Positions 35,001 through 47,000 of a DNA stretch of 64,000 bases are shown here, one piece after another (positions within the stretch are counted from its first letter, which is position 1; each line of letters begins with the position of its first letter). The position numbers and the translations under genes are program-made. Source of the DNA: Euprymna scolopes (taxonomy: Eukaryota). The notes under the pieces were generated by a model. That model was not told the DNA's origin and did not search any database. It saw only the letters and a list, made by a program, of their open reading frames with translations. The stretch lies in NCBI GenBank assembly GCA_053919585.1, contig CM132811.1; one strand, given 5' to 3'.

Positions 35001-38000
35001 AAGCGTCAAAACAAAGCGTCAAGTAAAAGCGTCAAATAAAAGCGTCAAGTAAAAGCGTCAAATAAAAGCGTCAAATAAAAGCCTCAAGTAAAGGCGTCAA
35101 ATAAAAGCGTCAAATAAAAGCGTCAAGAAAAAGCGTCAAGTAAAAGCGTCAAATAAAAGCTTCAAATAAAAGCGTCAAATAAATGCGTCAAGTAAAAGGG
35201 TCGAGTAAAAGCGTCAAATAAAAGCGACAAATAAAAGGGTCAAGTAAAAGCGTCAAGTAAAAGCGTCAAATAAAAGCGTCAAGTAAAAGCGTCAAGTAAA
35301 GGCGTCAAATAAAAGCGTCAAATAAAAGCGTCAAATAAAAGCGTCAAAACAAAGCGTCAAGTAAAAGCGTCAAATAAAAGCGTCAAGTAAAAGCGTCAAA
35401 TAAAAGCGTCAAATAAAAGCGTCAAGTAAAGGCGTCAAATAAAAGCGTCAAAAAAAAGCGTCAAGAAAAAGCGTCAAGTAAAAGCGTCAAATAAAAGCTT
35501 CAAATAAAAGCGTCAAATAAAAGCGTCAAGTAAAAGGGTCGAGTAAAAGCGTCAAATAAAAGCGTCAAGTAAAACGGTCAAGTAAAAGCGTCAAATAAAA
35601 GCGTCAAGTAAAAGCGTCAAATAAAAGGGTCAAATAAGAGCGTCAAGTAAAAGCGTCAAATAAAAGCGTCAAGAAAAAGTGTCAAATAAAAGCGTCAAGT
35701 AAAAGCGTAAAATAAAAGCGTCAAGTAAAAGCGTCAAATAAAAGCGTCAAGTAAAAGCGTCAAATAAAGCGTCAAGTAAAAGCGTCAAATAAAAGCGTCA
35801 AGTAAAACGGTCGAGTAAAGGCGTCAAATAAAAGCGTCAAATAAAAGCGTCAAGTAAAAGCGTCAAGTAAAAGCGTCAAATAAAAGCGTCAAGTAAAAAC
35901 GTAAAATAAAAGCGTCAAGTAAAAGTGTCAAGTAAAGGCGTCAAATAAAAGCGTCAAGTAAAAGCGTCAAATAAAAGCGTCAAATAAAAGCGTCAAATAA
36001 AGCGTCAAGTGAAGGCGTCAAATAAAAGCGTCAAGTAAAACGGTCGAGTAAAAGCGTCAAATAAAAGCGTCAAATAAAAGCGTCAAGTAAAAGGGTCAAG
36101 TAAAAGCGTCAAATAAAAGGGTCAAGTAAAAGATTAAAATAAAAGCGTCAAATAAAAGCGTCAAATAAAAGCGTCAAGTAAAAGCGTCAAATAAAAGCGT
36201 CAAGTAAAAGCGTCAAATAAAAGCGTCAAATAAAAGCGTCAAGTAAAAGCGTCAAATAAAAGCGTCAAGTAAAACGGTCGAGTAAAAGCGTCAAATAAAA
36301 GCGTCAAATAAAAGCGTCAAGTAAAAGGGTCAAGTAAAAGCGTCAAATAAAAGGGTCACGTAAAATGGTAAAATAAAAACGTCAAATAAAAGCGTCAAAT
36401 AAAAGCGTCAAGTAAAAGCGTCAAATAAAAGCGTCAAGTAAAAGCGTCAAGTAAAAGCGTCAAATAAAAGCGTCAAATAAAAGCGTCAAGTAAAAGGGTC
36501 AAGTAAAAGCGTCAAGTAAAAGCGTCAAATAAAAGCGTCAAATAAAAGCGTCAAGAAAAAGCGTCAAATAAAAGCGTCGAATAAAAGCGTCAAATAAAAG
36601 CGTCAAATAAAAGCGTCAAGTAAAAGCGTCAAATAAAAGCGTCAAGTAAAAGCGTCAAGTAAAAGCGTCAAATAAAAGCGTCAAATAAAAGCGTCAAGTA
36701 AAAGGGTCAAGTAAAAGCGTCAAGTAAAAGCGTCAAATGAAAGCGTCAAATAAAAGCGTCAAGAAAAAGCGTCAACTAAAAGGGTCAAGTAAAACCGTCA
36801 AATAAAAGCGTCAAGTAAAAGCGTCAAATAAAAGCGTCAAGTAAAAGCGTCAAATAAAAGCGTCAAGTAAAAGCGTCAAATAAAAGCGTCAAGTAAAAGC
36901 GTCAAGTAAAGGCGTCAAATAAAAGCGTCAAATAAAAGCGTCAAATAAAAGCGTCAAAACAAAGCGTCAAGTAAAAGCGTCAAATAAAAGCGTGAAGTAA
37001 AAGCGTCAAATAAAAGCGTCAAATAAAAGCGTCAAGTAAAGGCGTCAAATAAAAGCGTCAAATAAAAGCGTCAAGAAAAAGCGTCAAGTAAAAGCGTCAA
37101 ATAAAAGCTTCAAATAAAAGCGTCAAATAAAAGCGTCAAGTAAAAGGGTCGAGTAAAAGCGTCAAATAAAAGCGACAAATAAAAGGGTCAAGTAAAAGGG
37201 TCAAGTAAAAGCGTCAAATAAAAGGGTCAAGTAAAAGGGTCAAATAAAAGCGTCAAGTAAAAGCGTCAAGTAAAAGCGTGAAATAAAAGCGTCAAATAAA
37301 AGCGTCAAGTAAAAGGGGCAAGTAAAAGCGTCAAGTAAAAGCGTCACATAAAAGCGTCAAGTAAAAGCGTCAAATAAAAACGTCAAATAAGAGCGTCAAG
37401 TAAAAGCGTCAAATAAAAGCGTCAAGAAAAAGTGTCAAATAAAAGCGTCAAGTAAAAGCGTCAAATAAAAGCGTCAAGTAAAAGCGTCAAATAAAAGCGT
37501 CAAGTAAAAGCGTCAAATAAAAGCGTCAAGTAAAAGCGTCAAGTAAAGGCGTCAAATAAAAGCGTCAAGTAAAACGGTCGAGTAAAAGCGTCAAATAAAA
37601 GCGTCAAACAAAAGCGTCAAGTAAAAGGGTCAAGTAAAAGCGTCAAATAAAAGGGTCAAGTAAAAGGGTCAAATAAAAGCGTCAAATAAAAGCGTCAAAT
37701 AAAAGCGTCAAGTAAAAGCGTCAAATAAAAGCGTCAAGTAAAAGCGTCAAATAAAAGCGTCAAATAAAAGCGTCAAATAAAAGCGTCAAGTAAAAGGGCC
37801 AAATAAAAGCGTCAAATAAAAGCGTCAAGTAAAAGCGTCAAGAAAAAGCGTCAAATAAAAGCGTCAAATAAAAGCGTCAAGTAAAAGCGTCAAATAAAAG
37901 CGTCAAGTAAAAGCGTCAAATAAAAGCGTCAAGTAAAACGGTCGAGTAAAAGCGTCAAATAAAAGCGTCAAATAAAAGCGTCAAGTAAAACGGTCAAGTA

Positions 38001-41000
38001 AAAGCGTCAAATAAAAGGGTCAAGTAAAAGGGTAAAATAAAAGCGTCAAATAAAAGCGTCAAGTAAAAGCGTCAAGTAAAAGCGTCAAATAAAAGCGTCA
38101 AGTAAAAACGTAAAATAAAAGCGTCAAGTAAAAGTGTCAAGTAAAGGCGTCAAATAAAAGCGTCAAGTAAAAGCGTCAAATAAAAGCGTCAAATAAAAGC
38201 GTCAAATAAAGCGTCAAGTAAAGGCGTCAAATAAAAGCGTCAAGTAAAACGGTCGAGTAAAAGCGTCAAATAAAAGCGTCAAATAAAAGCGTCAAGTAAA
38301 AGGGTCAAGTAAAAGCGTCAAATAAAAGGGTCAAGTAAAAGATTAAAATAAAAGCGTCAAATAAAAGCGTCAAATAAAAGCGTCAAGTAAAAGCGTCAAA
38401 TAAAAGCGTCAAGTAAAAGCGTCAAATAAAAGCGTCAAATAAAAGCGTCAAGTAAAAGCGTCAAATAAAAGCGTCAAGTAAAACGGTCGAGTAAAAGCGT
38501 CAAATAAAAGCGTCAAATAAAAGCGTCAAGTAAAAGGGTCAAGTAAAAGCGTCAAATAAAAGGGTCAAGTAAAATGGTAAAATAAAAACGTCAAATAAAA
38601 GCGTCAAATAAAAGCGTCAAGTAAAAGCGTCAAATAAAAGCGTCAAGTAAAAGCGTCAAGTAAAAGCGTCAAATAAAAGCGTCAAATAAAAGCGTCAAGT
38701 AAAAGGGTCAAGTAAAAGCGTCAAGTAAAAGCGTCAAATAAAAACGTCAAATAAAAGCGTCAAGAAAAAGCGTCAAATAAAAGCGTCGAATAAAAGCGTC
38801 AAATAAAAGCGTCAAATAAAAGCGTCAAGTAAAAGCGTCAAATAAAAGCGTCAAGTAAAAGCGTCAAGTAAAAGCGTCAAACAAAAGCGTCAAATAAAAG
38901 CGTCAAGTAAAAGGGTCAAGTAAAAGCGTCAAGTAAAAGCGTCAAATGAAAGCGTCAAATAAAAGCGTCAAGAAAAAGCGTCAACTAAAAGGGTCAAGTA
39001 AAACCGTCAAATAAAAGCGTCAAGTAAAAGCGTCAAATAAAAGCGTCAAGTAAAAGCGTCAAATAAAAGCGTCAAGTAAAAGCGTCAAATAAAAGCGTCA
39101 AGTAAAAGCGTCAAGTAAAGGCGTCAAATAAAAGCGTCAAATAAAAGCGTCAAATAAAAGCGTCAAAACAAAGCGTCAAGTAAAAGCGTCAAATAAAAGC
39201 GTCAAGTAAAAGCGTGAAATAAAAGCGTCAAATAAAAGCGTCAAGTAAAAGGGGCAAGTAAAAAGGTCAAGTAAAAGCGTCACATAAAAGCGTCAAGTAA
39301 AAGCGTCAAATAAAAGGGTCAAATAAGAGCGTCAAGTAAAAGCGTCAAATAAAAGCGTCAAGAAAAAGTGTCAAATAAAAGCGTCAAGTAAAAGCGTCAA
39401 ATAAAAGCGTCAAGTAAAAGCGTCAAATAAAAGCGTCAAGTAAAAGCGTCAAATAAAAGCGTCAAGTAAAAGCGTCAAGTAAAGGCGTCAAATAAAAGCG
39501 TCAAGTAAAACGGTCGAGTAAAAGCGTCAAATAAAAGCGTCAAATAAAAGCGTCAAGTAAAAGGGTCAAGTAAAAGCGTCAAATAAAAGGGTCAAGTAAA
39601 AGGGTCAAATAAAAGCGTCAAATAAAAGCGTCAAATAAAAGCGTCAAGTAAAAGCGTCAAATAAAAGCGTCAAGTAAAAGCGTCAAATAAAAGCGTCAAA
39701 TAAAAGCGTCAAATAAAGGCGTCAAGTAAAAGGGCCAAATAAAAGCGTCAAATAAAAGCGTCAAGTAAAAGCGTCAAGAAAAAGCGTCAAATAAAAGCGT
39801 CAAATAAAAGCGTCAAGTAAAAGCGTCAAATAAAAGCGTCAAGTAAAAGCGTCAAATAAAAGCGTCAAGTAAAACGGTCGAGTAAAAGCGTCAAATAAAA
39901 GCGTCAAATAAAAGCGTCAAGTAAAACGGTCAAGTAAAAGCGTCAAATAAAAGGGTCAAGTAAAAGGGTAAAATAAAAGCGTCAAATAAAAGCGTCAAAT
40001 AAAAGCGTCAAGTAAAAGCGTCAAATAAAAGCGTCAAGTAAAAGCGTCAAATAAAAGCGTCAAATAAAAGCGTCAAATAAAAGCGTCAAAACAAAGCGTC
40101 AAGTAAAAGCGTCAAATAAAAGCGTCAAGTAAAAGCGTCAAATAAAAGCGTCAAATAAAAGCCCTAAGTAAAGGCGTCAAATAAAAGCGTCAAATAAAAG
40201 CGTCAAGAAAAAGCGTCAAGTAAAAGCGTCAAATAAAAGCTTCAAATAAAAGCGTCAAATAAATGCGTCAAGTAAAAGGGTCGAGTAAAAGCGTCAAATA
40301 AAAGCGACAAATAAAAGGGTCAAGTAAAAGCGTCAAATAAAAGCGTCAAATAAAAGCGTCAAGTAAAAGCGTCAAGTAAAGGCGTCAAATAAAAGCGTCA
40401 AATAAAAGCGTCAAATAAAAGCGTCAAAACAAAGCGTCAAGTAAAAGCGTCAAATAAAAGCGTCAAGTAAAAGCGTCAAATAAATGCGTCAAATAAAAGC
40501 GTCAAGTAAAGGCGTCAAATAAAAGCGTCAAAAAAAAGCGTCAAGAAAAAGCGTCAAGTAAAAGCGTCAAATAAAAGCTTCAAATAAAAGCGTCAAATAA
40601 AAGCGTCAAGTAAAAGGGTCGAGTAAAAGCGTCAAATAAAAGCGACAAATAAAAGGGTCAAGTAAAAGGGTCAAGTAAAAGCGTCAAATAAAAGGGTCAA
40701 GTAAAAGGGTCAAATAAAAGCGTCAAGTAAAAGCGTCAAGTAAAAGCGTGAAATAAAAGCGTCAAATAAAAGCGTCAAGTAAAAGGGGCAAGTAAAAGCG
40801 TCAAGTAAAAGCGTCAAATAAAAGCGTCAAGTAAAAGCGTCAAATAAAAGGGTCAAATAAGAGCGTCAAGTAAAAGCGTCAAATAAAAGCGTCAAGAAAA
40901 AGTGTCAAATAAAAGCGTCAAGTAAAAGCGTAAAATAAAAGCGTCAAGTAAAAGCGTCAAATAAAAGCGTCAAGTAAAAGCGTCAAATAAAGCGTCAAGT

Positions 41001-44000
41001 AAAAGCGTCAAATAAAAGCGTCAAGTAAAGGCGTCAAATAAAAGCGTCAAGTAAAACGGTCGAGTAAAAGCGTCAAATAAAAGCGTCAAATAAAAGCGTC
41101 AAGTAAAAGGGTCAAGTAAAAGCGTCAAATAAAAGCGTCGAGTAAAAGATTAAAATAAAAGCGTCAAATAAAAGCGTCAAATAAAAGCGTCAAGTAAAAG
41201 CGTCAAATAAAAGCGTCAAGTAAAAGCGTCAAATAAAAGCGTCAAATAAAAGCGTCAAATAAAAGCGTCAAGTAAAAGGGCCAAATAAAAGCGTCAAATA
41301 AAAGCGTCAAGTAAAAGCGTCAAGAAAAAGCGTCAAATAAAAGCGTCAAATAAAAGCGTCAAGTAAAAGCGTCAAATAAAAGCGTCAAGTAAAACGGTCG
41401 AGTAAAAGCGTCAAATAAAAGCGTCAAATAAAAGCGTCAAGTAAAAGGGTCAAGTAAAAGCGTCAAATAAAAGGGTCAAGTAAAAGGGTAAAATAAAAGC
41501 GTCAAATAAAAGCGTCAAATAAAAGCGTCAAGTAAAAGCGTCAAATAAAAGCGTCAAGTAAAAGCGTCAAATAAAAGCGTCAAATAAAAGCGTCAAATAA
41601 AAGAGTCAAAACAAAGCGTCAAGTAAAAGCGTCAAATAAAAGCGTCAAGTAAAAGCGTCAAATAAAAGCGTCAAATAAAAGCGTCAAGTAAAGGCGTCAA
41701 ATAAAAGCGTCAAATAAAAGCGTCAAGAAAAAGCGTCAAGTAAAAGCGTCAAATAAAAGCTTCAAATAAAAGCGTCAAATAAAAGCGTCAAGTAAAAGGG
41801 TCGAGTAAAAGCGTCAAATAAAAGCCACAAATAAAAGGGTCAAGTAAAAGGGTCAAGTAAAAGCGTCAAATAAAAGGGTCAAGTAAAAGGGTCAAATAAA
41901 AGCGTCAAATAAGAGCGTCAAGTAAAAGCGTCAAATAAAAGCGTCAAGAAAAAGTGTCAAATAAAAGCGTCAAGTAAAAGCGTAAAATAAAAGCGTCAAG
42001 TAAAAGCGTCAAATAAAAGCGTCAAGTAAAAGCGTCAAATAAAGCGTCAAGTAAAAGCGTCAAATAAAAGCGTCAAGTAAAGGCGTCAAATAAAAGCGTC
42101 AAGTAAAACGGTCGAGTAAAAGCGTCAAATAAAAGCGTCAAATAAAAGCGTCAAGTAAAAGGGTCAAGTAAAAGCGTCAAATAAAAGCGTCGAGTAAAAG
42201 ATTAAAATAAAAGCGTCAAATAAAAGCGTCAAATAAAAGCGTCAAGTAAAAGCGTCAAATAAAAGCGTCAAGTAAAAGCGTCAAATAAAAGCGTCAAATA
42301 AAAGCGTCAAATAAAAGCGTCAAGTAAAAGGGCCAAATAAAAGCGTCAAATAAAAGCGTCAAGTAAAAGCGTCAAAAAAACGCGTCAAATAAAAGCGTCA
42401 AATAAAAGCGTCAAGTAAAAGCGTCAAATAAAAGCGTCAAGTAAAACGGTCGAGTAAAAGCGTCAAATAAAAGCGTCAAATAAAAGCGTCAAGTAAAAGG
42501 GTCAAGTAAAAGCGTCAAATAAAAGGGTCAAGTAAAAGGGTAAAATAAAAGCGTCAAATAAAAGCGTCAAATAAAAGCGTCAAGTAAAAGCGTCAAATAA
42601 AAGCGTCAAGTAAAAGCGTCAAATAAAAGCGTCAAATAAAAGCGTCAAATAAAAGAGTCAAAACAAAGCGTCAAGTAAAAGCGTCAAATAAAAGCGTCAA
42701 GTAAAAGCGTCAAATAAAAGCGTCAAATAAAAGCGTCAAGTAAAGGCGTCAAATAAAAGCGTCAAATAAAAGCGTCAAGAAAAAGCGTCAAGTAAAAGCG
42801 TCAAATAAAAGCTTCAAATAAAAGCGTCAAATAAAAGCGTCAAGTAAAAGGGTCGAGTAAAAGCGTCAAATAAAAGCCACAAATAAAAGGGTCAAGTAAA
42901 AGGGTCAAGTAAAAGCGTCAAATAAAAGGGTCAAGTAAAAGGGTCAAATAAAAGCGTCAAGTAAAAGCGTCAAGTAAAAGCGTGAAATAAAAGCGTCAAA
43001 TAAAAGCGTCAAGTAAAAGGGGCAAGTAAAAGCGTCAAGTAAAAGCGTCAAGTAAAAGCGTCAAGTAAAAGCGTCAAGTAAAGGCGTCAAATAAAAGCGT
43101 CAAATAAAAGCGTCAAACAAAAGCGTCAAATAAAAGCGTCAAGTAAAAGCGTCAAGTAAAAGCGTCAAATAAAAGCGTCAAGTAAAAGCGTCAAGTAAAA
43201 GCGTCAAATAAAAGCGTCAAATAAAAGCGTCAAGTAAAAGGGTCAAGAAAAAGCGTCAAGTAAAAGCGTCAAATGAAAGCGTCAAACAAAAGCGTCAAGA
43301 AAAAGCGTCAACTAAAAGGGTCAAGTAAAACCGTCAAATAAAAGCGTCAAGTAAAAGCGTCAAATAAAAGCGTCAAGTAAAAGCGTCAAATAAAAGCGTC
43401 AAGTAAAAGCGTCAAATAAAAGCGTCAAGTAAAAGCGTCAAGTAAAGGCGTCAAATAAAAGCGTCAAATAAAAGCGTCAAATAAAAGCGTCAAAACAAAG
43501 CGTCAAGTAAAAGCGTCAAATAAAAGCGTCAAGTAAAAGCGTCAAATAAAAGCGTCAAATAAAAGCGTCAAGTAAAGGCGTCAAATAAAAGCGTCAAATA
43601 AAAGCGTCAAGAAAAAGCGTCAAGTAAAAGCGTCAAATAAAAGCTTCAAATAAAAGCGTCAAATAAAAGCGTCAAGTAAAAGGGTCGAGTAAAAGCATCA
43701 AATAAAAGCGACAAATAAAAGGGTCAAGTAAAAGGGTCAAGTAAAAGCGTCAAATAAAAGGGTCAAGTAAAAGGGTCAAATAAAAGCGTCAAGTAAAAGC
43801 GTCAAGTAAAAGCGTGAAATAAAAGCGTAAAATAAAAGCGTCAAGTAAAAGGGGCAAGTAAAAGCGTCAAATAAAAGGGTCAAGTAAAAGATTAAAATAA
43901 AAGCGTCAAATAAAAGCGTCAAATAAAAGCGTCAAGTAAAAGCGTCAAATAAAAGCGTCAAATAAAAGCGTCAAATAAAAGCGTCAAATAAAAGCGTCAA

Positions 44001-47000
44001 GTAAAAGCGTCAAATAAAAGCGTCAAGTAAAACGGTCGAGTAAAAGCGTCAAATAAAAGCGTCAAATAAAAGCGTCAAGTAAAAGGGTCAAGTAAAAGCG
44101 TCAAATAAAAGGGTCAAGTAAAATGGTAAAATAAAAACGTCAAATAAAAGCGTCAAATAAAAGCGTCAAGTAAAAGCGTCAAATAAAAGCGTCAAGTAAA
44201 AGCGTCAAGTAAAAGCGTCAAATAAAAGCGTCAAATAAAAGCGTCAAGTAAAAGGGTCAAGTAAAAGCGTCAAGTAAAAGCGTCAAATAAAAGCGTCAAA
44301 TAAAAGCGTCAAGAAAAAGCGTCAAATAAAAGCGTCGAATAAAAGCGTCAAATAAAAGCGTCAAATAAAAGCGTCAAGTAAAAGCGTCAAGTAAAAGCGT
44401 CAAGTAAAAGCGTCAAGTAAAAGCGTCAAATAAAAGCGTCAAATAAAAGCGTCAAGTAAAAGGGTCAAGTAAAAGCGTCAAGTAAAAGCGTCAAATGAAA
44501 GCGTCAAATAAAAGCGTCAAGAAAAAGCGTCAACTAAAAGGGTCAAGTAAAACCGTCAAATAAAAGCGTCAAGTAAAAGCGTCAAATAAAAGCGTCAAGT
44601 AAAAGCGTCAAATAAAAGCGTCAAGTAAAAGCGTCAAATAAAAGCGTCAAGTAAAAGCGTCAAGTAAAGGCGTCAAATAAAAGCGTCAAATAAAAGCGTC
44701 AAATAAAAGCGTCAAAACAAAGCGTCAAGTAAAAGCGTCAAATAAAAGCGTCAAGTAAAAGCGTCAAATAAAAGCGTGAAGTAAAAGCGTCAAATAAAAG
44801 CGTCAAATAAAAGCGTCAAGTAAAGGCGTCAAATAAAAGCGTCAAATAAAAGCGTCAAGAAAAAGCGTCAAGTAAAAGCGTCAAATAAAAGCTTCAAATA
44901 AAAGCGTCAAATAAAAGCGTCAAGTAAAAGTGTCGAGTAAAAGCGTCAAATAAAAGCGACAAATAAAAGGGTCAAGTAAAAGGGTCAAGTAAAAGCGTCA
45001 AATAAAAGGGTCAAGTAAAAGGGTCAAATAAAAGCGTCAAGTAAAAGCGTCAAGTAAAAGCGTGAAATAAAAGCGTCAAATAAAAGCGTCAAGTAAAAGG
45101 GGCAAGTAAAAGCGTCAAGTAAAAGCGTCACATAAAAGCGTCAAGTAAAAGCGTCAAATAAAAGGGTCAAATAAGAGCGTCAAGTAAAAGCGTCAAATAA
45201 AAGCGTCAAGAAAAAGTGTCAAATAAAAGCGTCAAGTAAAGGCGTCAAATAAAAGCGTCAAATAAAAGCGTCAAATAAAAGCGTCAAGTAAAAGCGTCAA
45301 ATAAAAGCGTCAAGTAAAAGCGTCAAGTAAAGGCGTCAAATAAAAGCGTCAAGTAAAACGGTCGAGTAAAAGCGTCAAATAAAAGCGTCAAATAAAAGCG
45401 TCAAGTAAAAGGGTCAAGTAAAAGCGTCAAATAAAAGGGTCAAGTAAAAGGGTCAAATAAAAGCGTCAAATAAAAGCGTCAAATAAAAGCGTCAAGTAAA
45501 AGCGTCAAATAAAAGCGTCAAGTAAAAGCGTCAAATAAAAGCGTCAAATAAAAGCGTCAAATAAAAGCGTCAAGTAAAAGGGCCAAATAAAAGCGTCAAA
45601 TAAAAGCGTCAAGTAAAAGCGTCAAGAAAAAGCGTCAAATAAAAGCGTCAAATAAAAGCGTCAAGTAAAAGCGTCAAATAAAAGCGTCAAGTAAAAGCGT
45701 CAAATAAAAGCGTCAAGTAAAACGGTCGAGTAAAAGCGTCAAATAAAAGCGTCAAATAAAAGCGTCAAGTAAAACGGTCAAGTAAAAGCGTCAAATAAAA
45801 GGGTCAAGTAAAAGGGTAAAATAAAAGCGTCAAATAAAAGCGTCAAATAAAAGCGTCAAGTAAAAGCGTCAAATAAAAGCGTCAAGTAAAAGCGTCAAAT
45901 AAAAGCGTCAAATAAAAGCGTCAAATAAAAGCGTCAAAACAAAGCGTCAAGTAAAAGCGTCAAATAAAAGCGTCAAGTAAAAGCGTCAAATAAAAGCGTC
46001 AAATAAAAGCCTCAAGTAAAGGCGTCAAATAAAAGCGTCAAATAAAAGCGTCAAGAAAAAGCGTCAAGTAAAAGCGTCAAATAAAAGCTTCAAATAAAAG
46101 CGTCAAATAAATGCGTCAAGTAAAAGGGTCGAGTAAAAGCGTCAAATAAAAGCGACAAATAAAAGGGTCAAGTAAAAGCGTCAAGTAAAAGCGTCAAATA
46201 AAAGCGTCAAGTAAAAGCGTCAAGTAAAGGCGTCAAATAAAAGCGTCAAATAAAAGCGTCAAATAAAAGCGTCAAAACAAAGCGTCAAGTAAAAGCGTCA
46301 AATAAAAGCGTCAAGTAAAAGCGTCAAATAAAAGCGTCAAATAAAAGCGTCAAGTAAAGGCGTCAAATAAAAGCGTCAAAAAAAAGCGTCAAGAAAAAGC
46401 GTCAAGTAAAAGCGTCAAATAAAAGCTTCAAATAAAAGCGTCAAATAAAAGCGTCAAGTAAAAGGGTCGAGTAAAAGCGTCAAATAAAAGCGTCAAGTAA
46501 AACGGTCAAGTAAAAGCGTCAAATAAAAGCGTCAAGTAAAAGCGTCAAATAAAAGGGTCAAATAAGAGCGTCAAGTAAAAGCGTCAAATAAAAGCGTCAA
46601 GAAAAAGTGTCAAATAAAAGCGTCAAGTAAAAGCGTAAAATAAAAGCGTCAAGTAAAAGCGTCAAATAAAAGCGTCAAGTAAAAGCGTCAAATAAAGCGT
46701 CAAGTAAAAGCGTCAAATAAAAGCGTCAAGTAAAACGGTCGAGTAAAGGCGTCAAATAAAAGCGTCAAATAAAAGCGTCAAGTAAAAGCGTCAAGTAAAA
46801 GCGTCAAATAAAAGCGTCAAGTAAAAACGTAAAATAAAAGCGTCAAGTAAAAGTGTCAAGTAAAGGCGTCAAATAAAAGCGTCAAGTAAAAGCGTCAAAT
46901 AAAAGCGTCAAATAAAAGCGTCAAATAAAGCGTCAAGTAAAGGCGTCAAATAAAAGCGTCAAGTAAAACGGTCGAGTAAAAGCGTCAAATAAAAGCGTCA

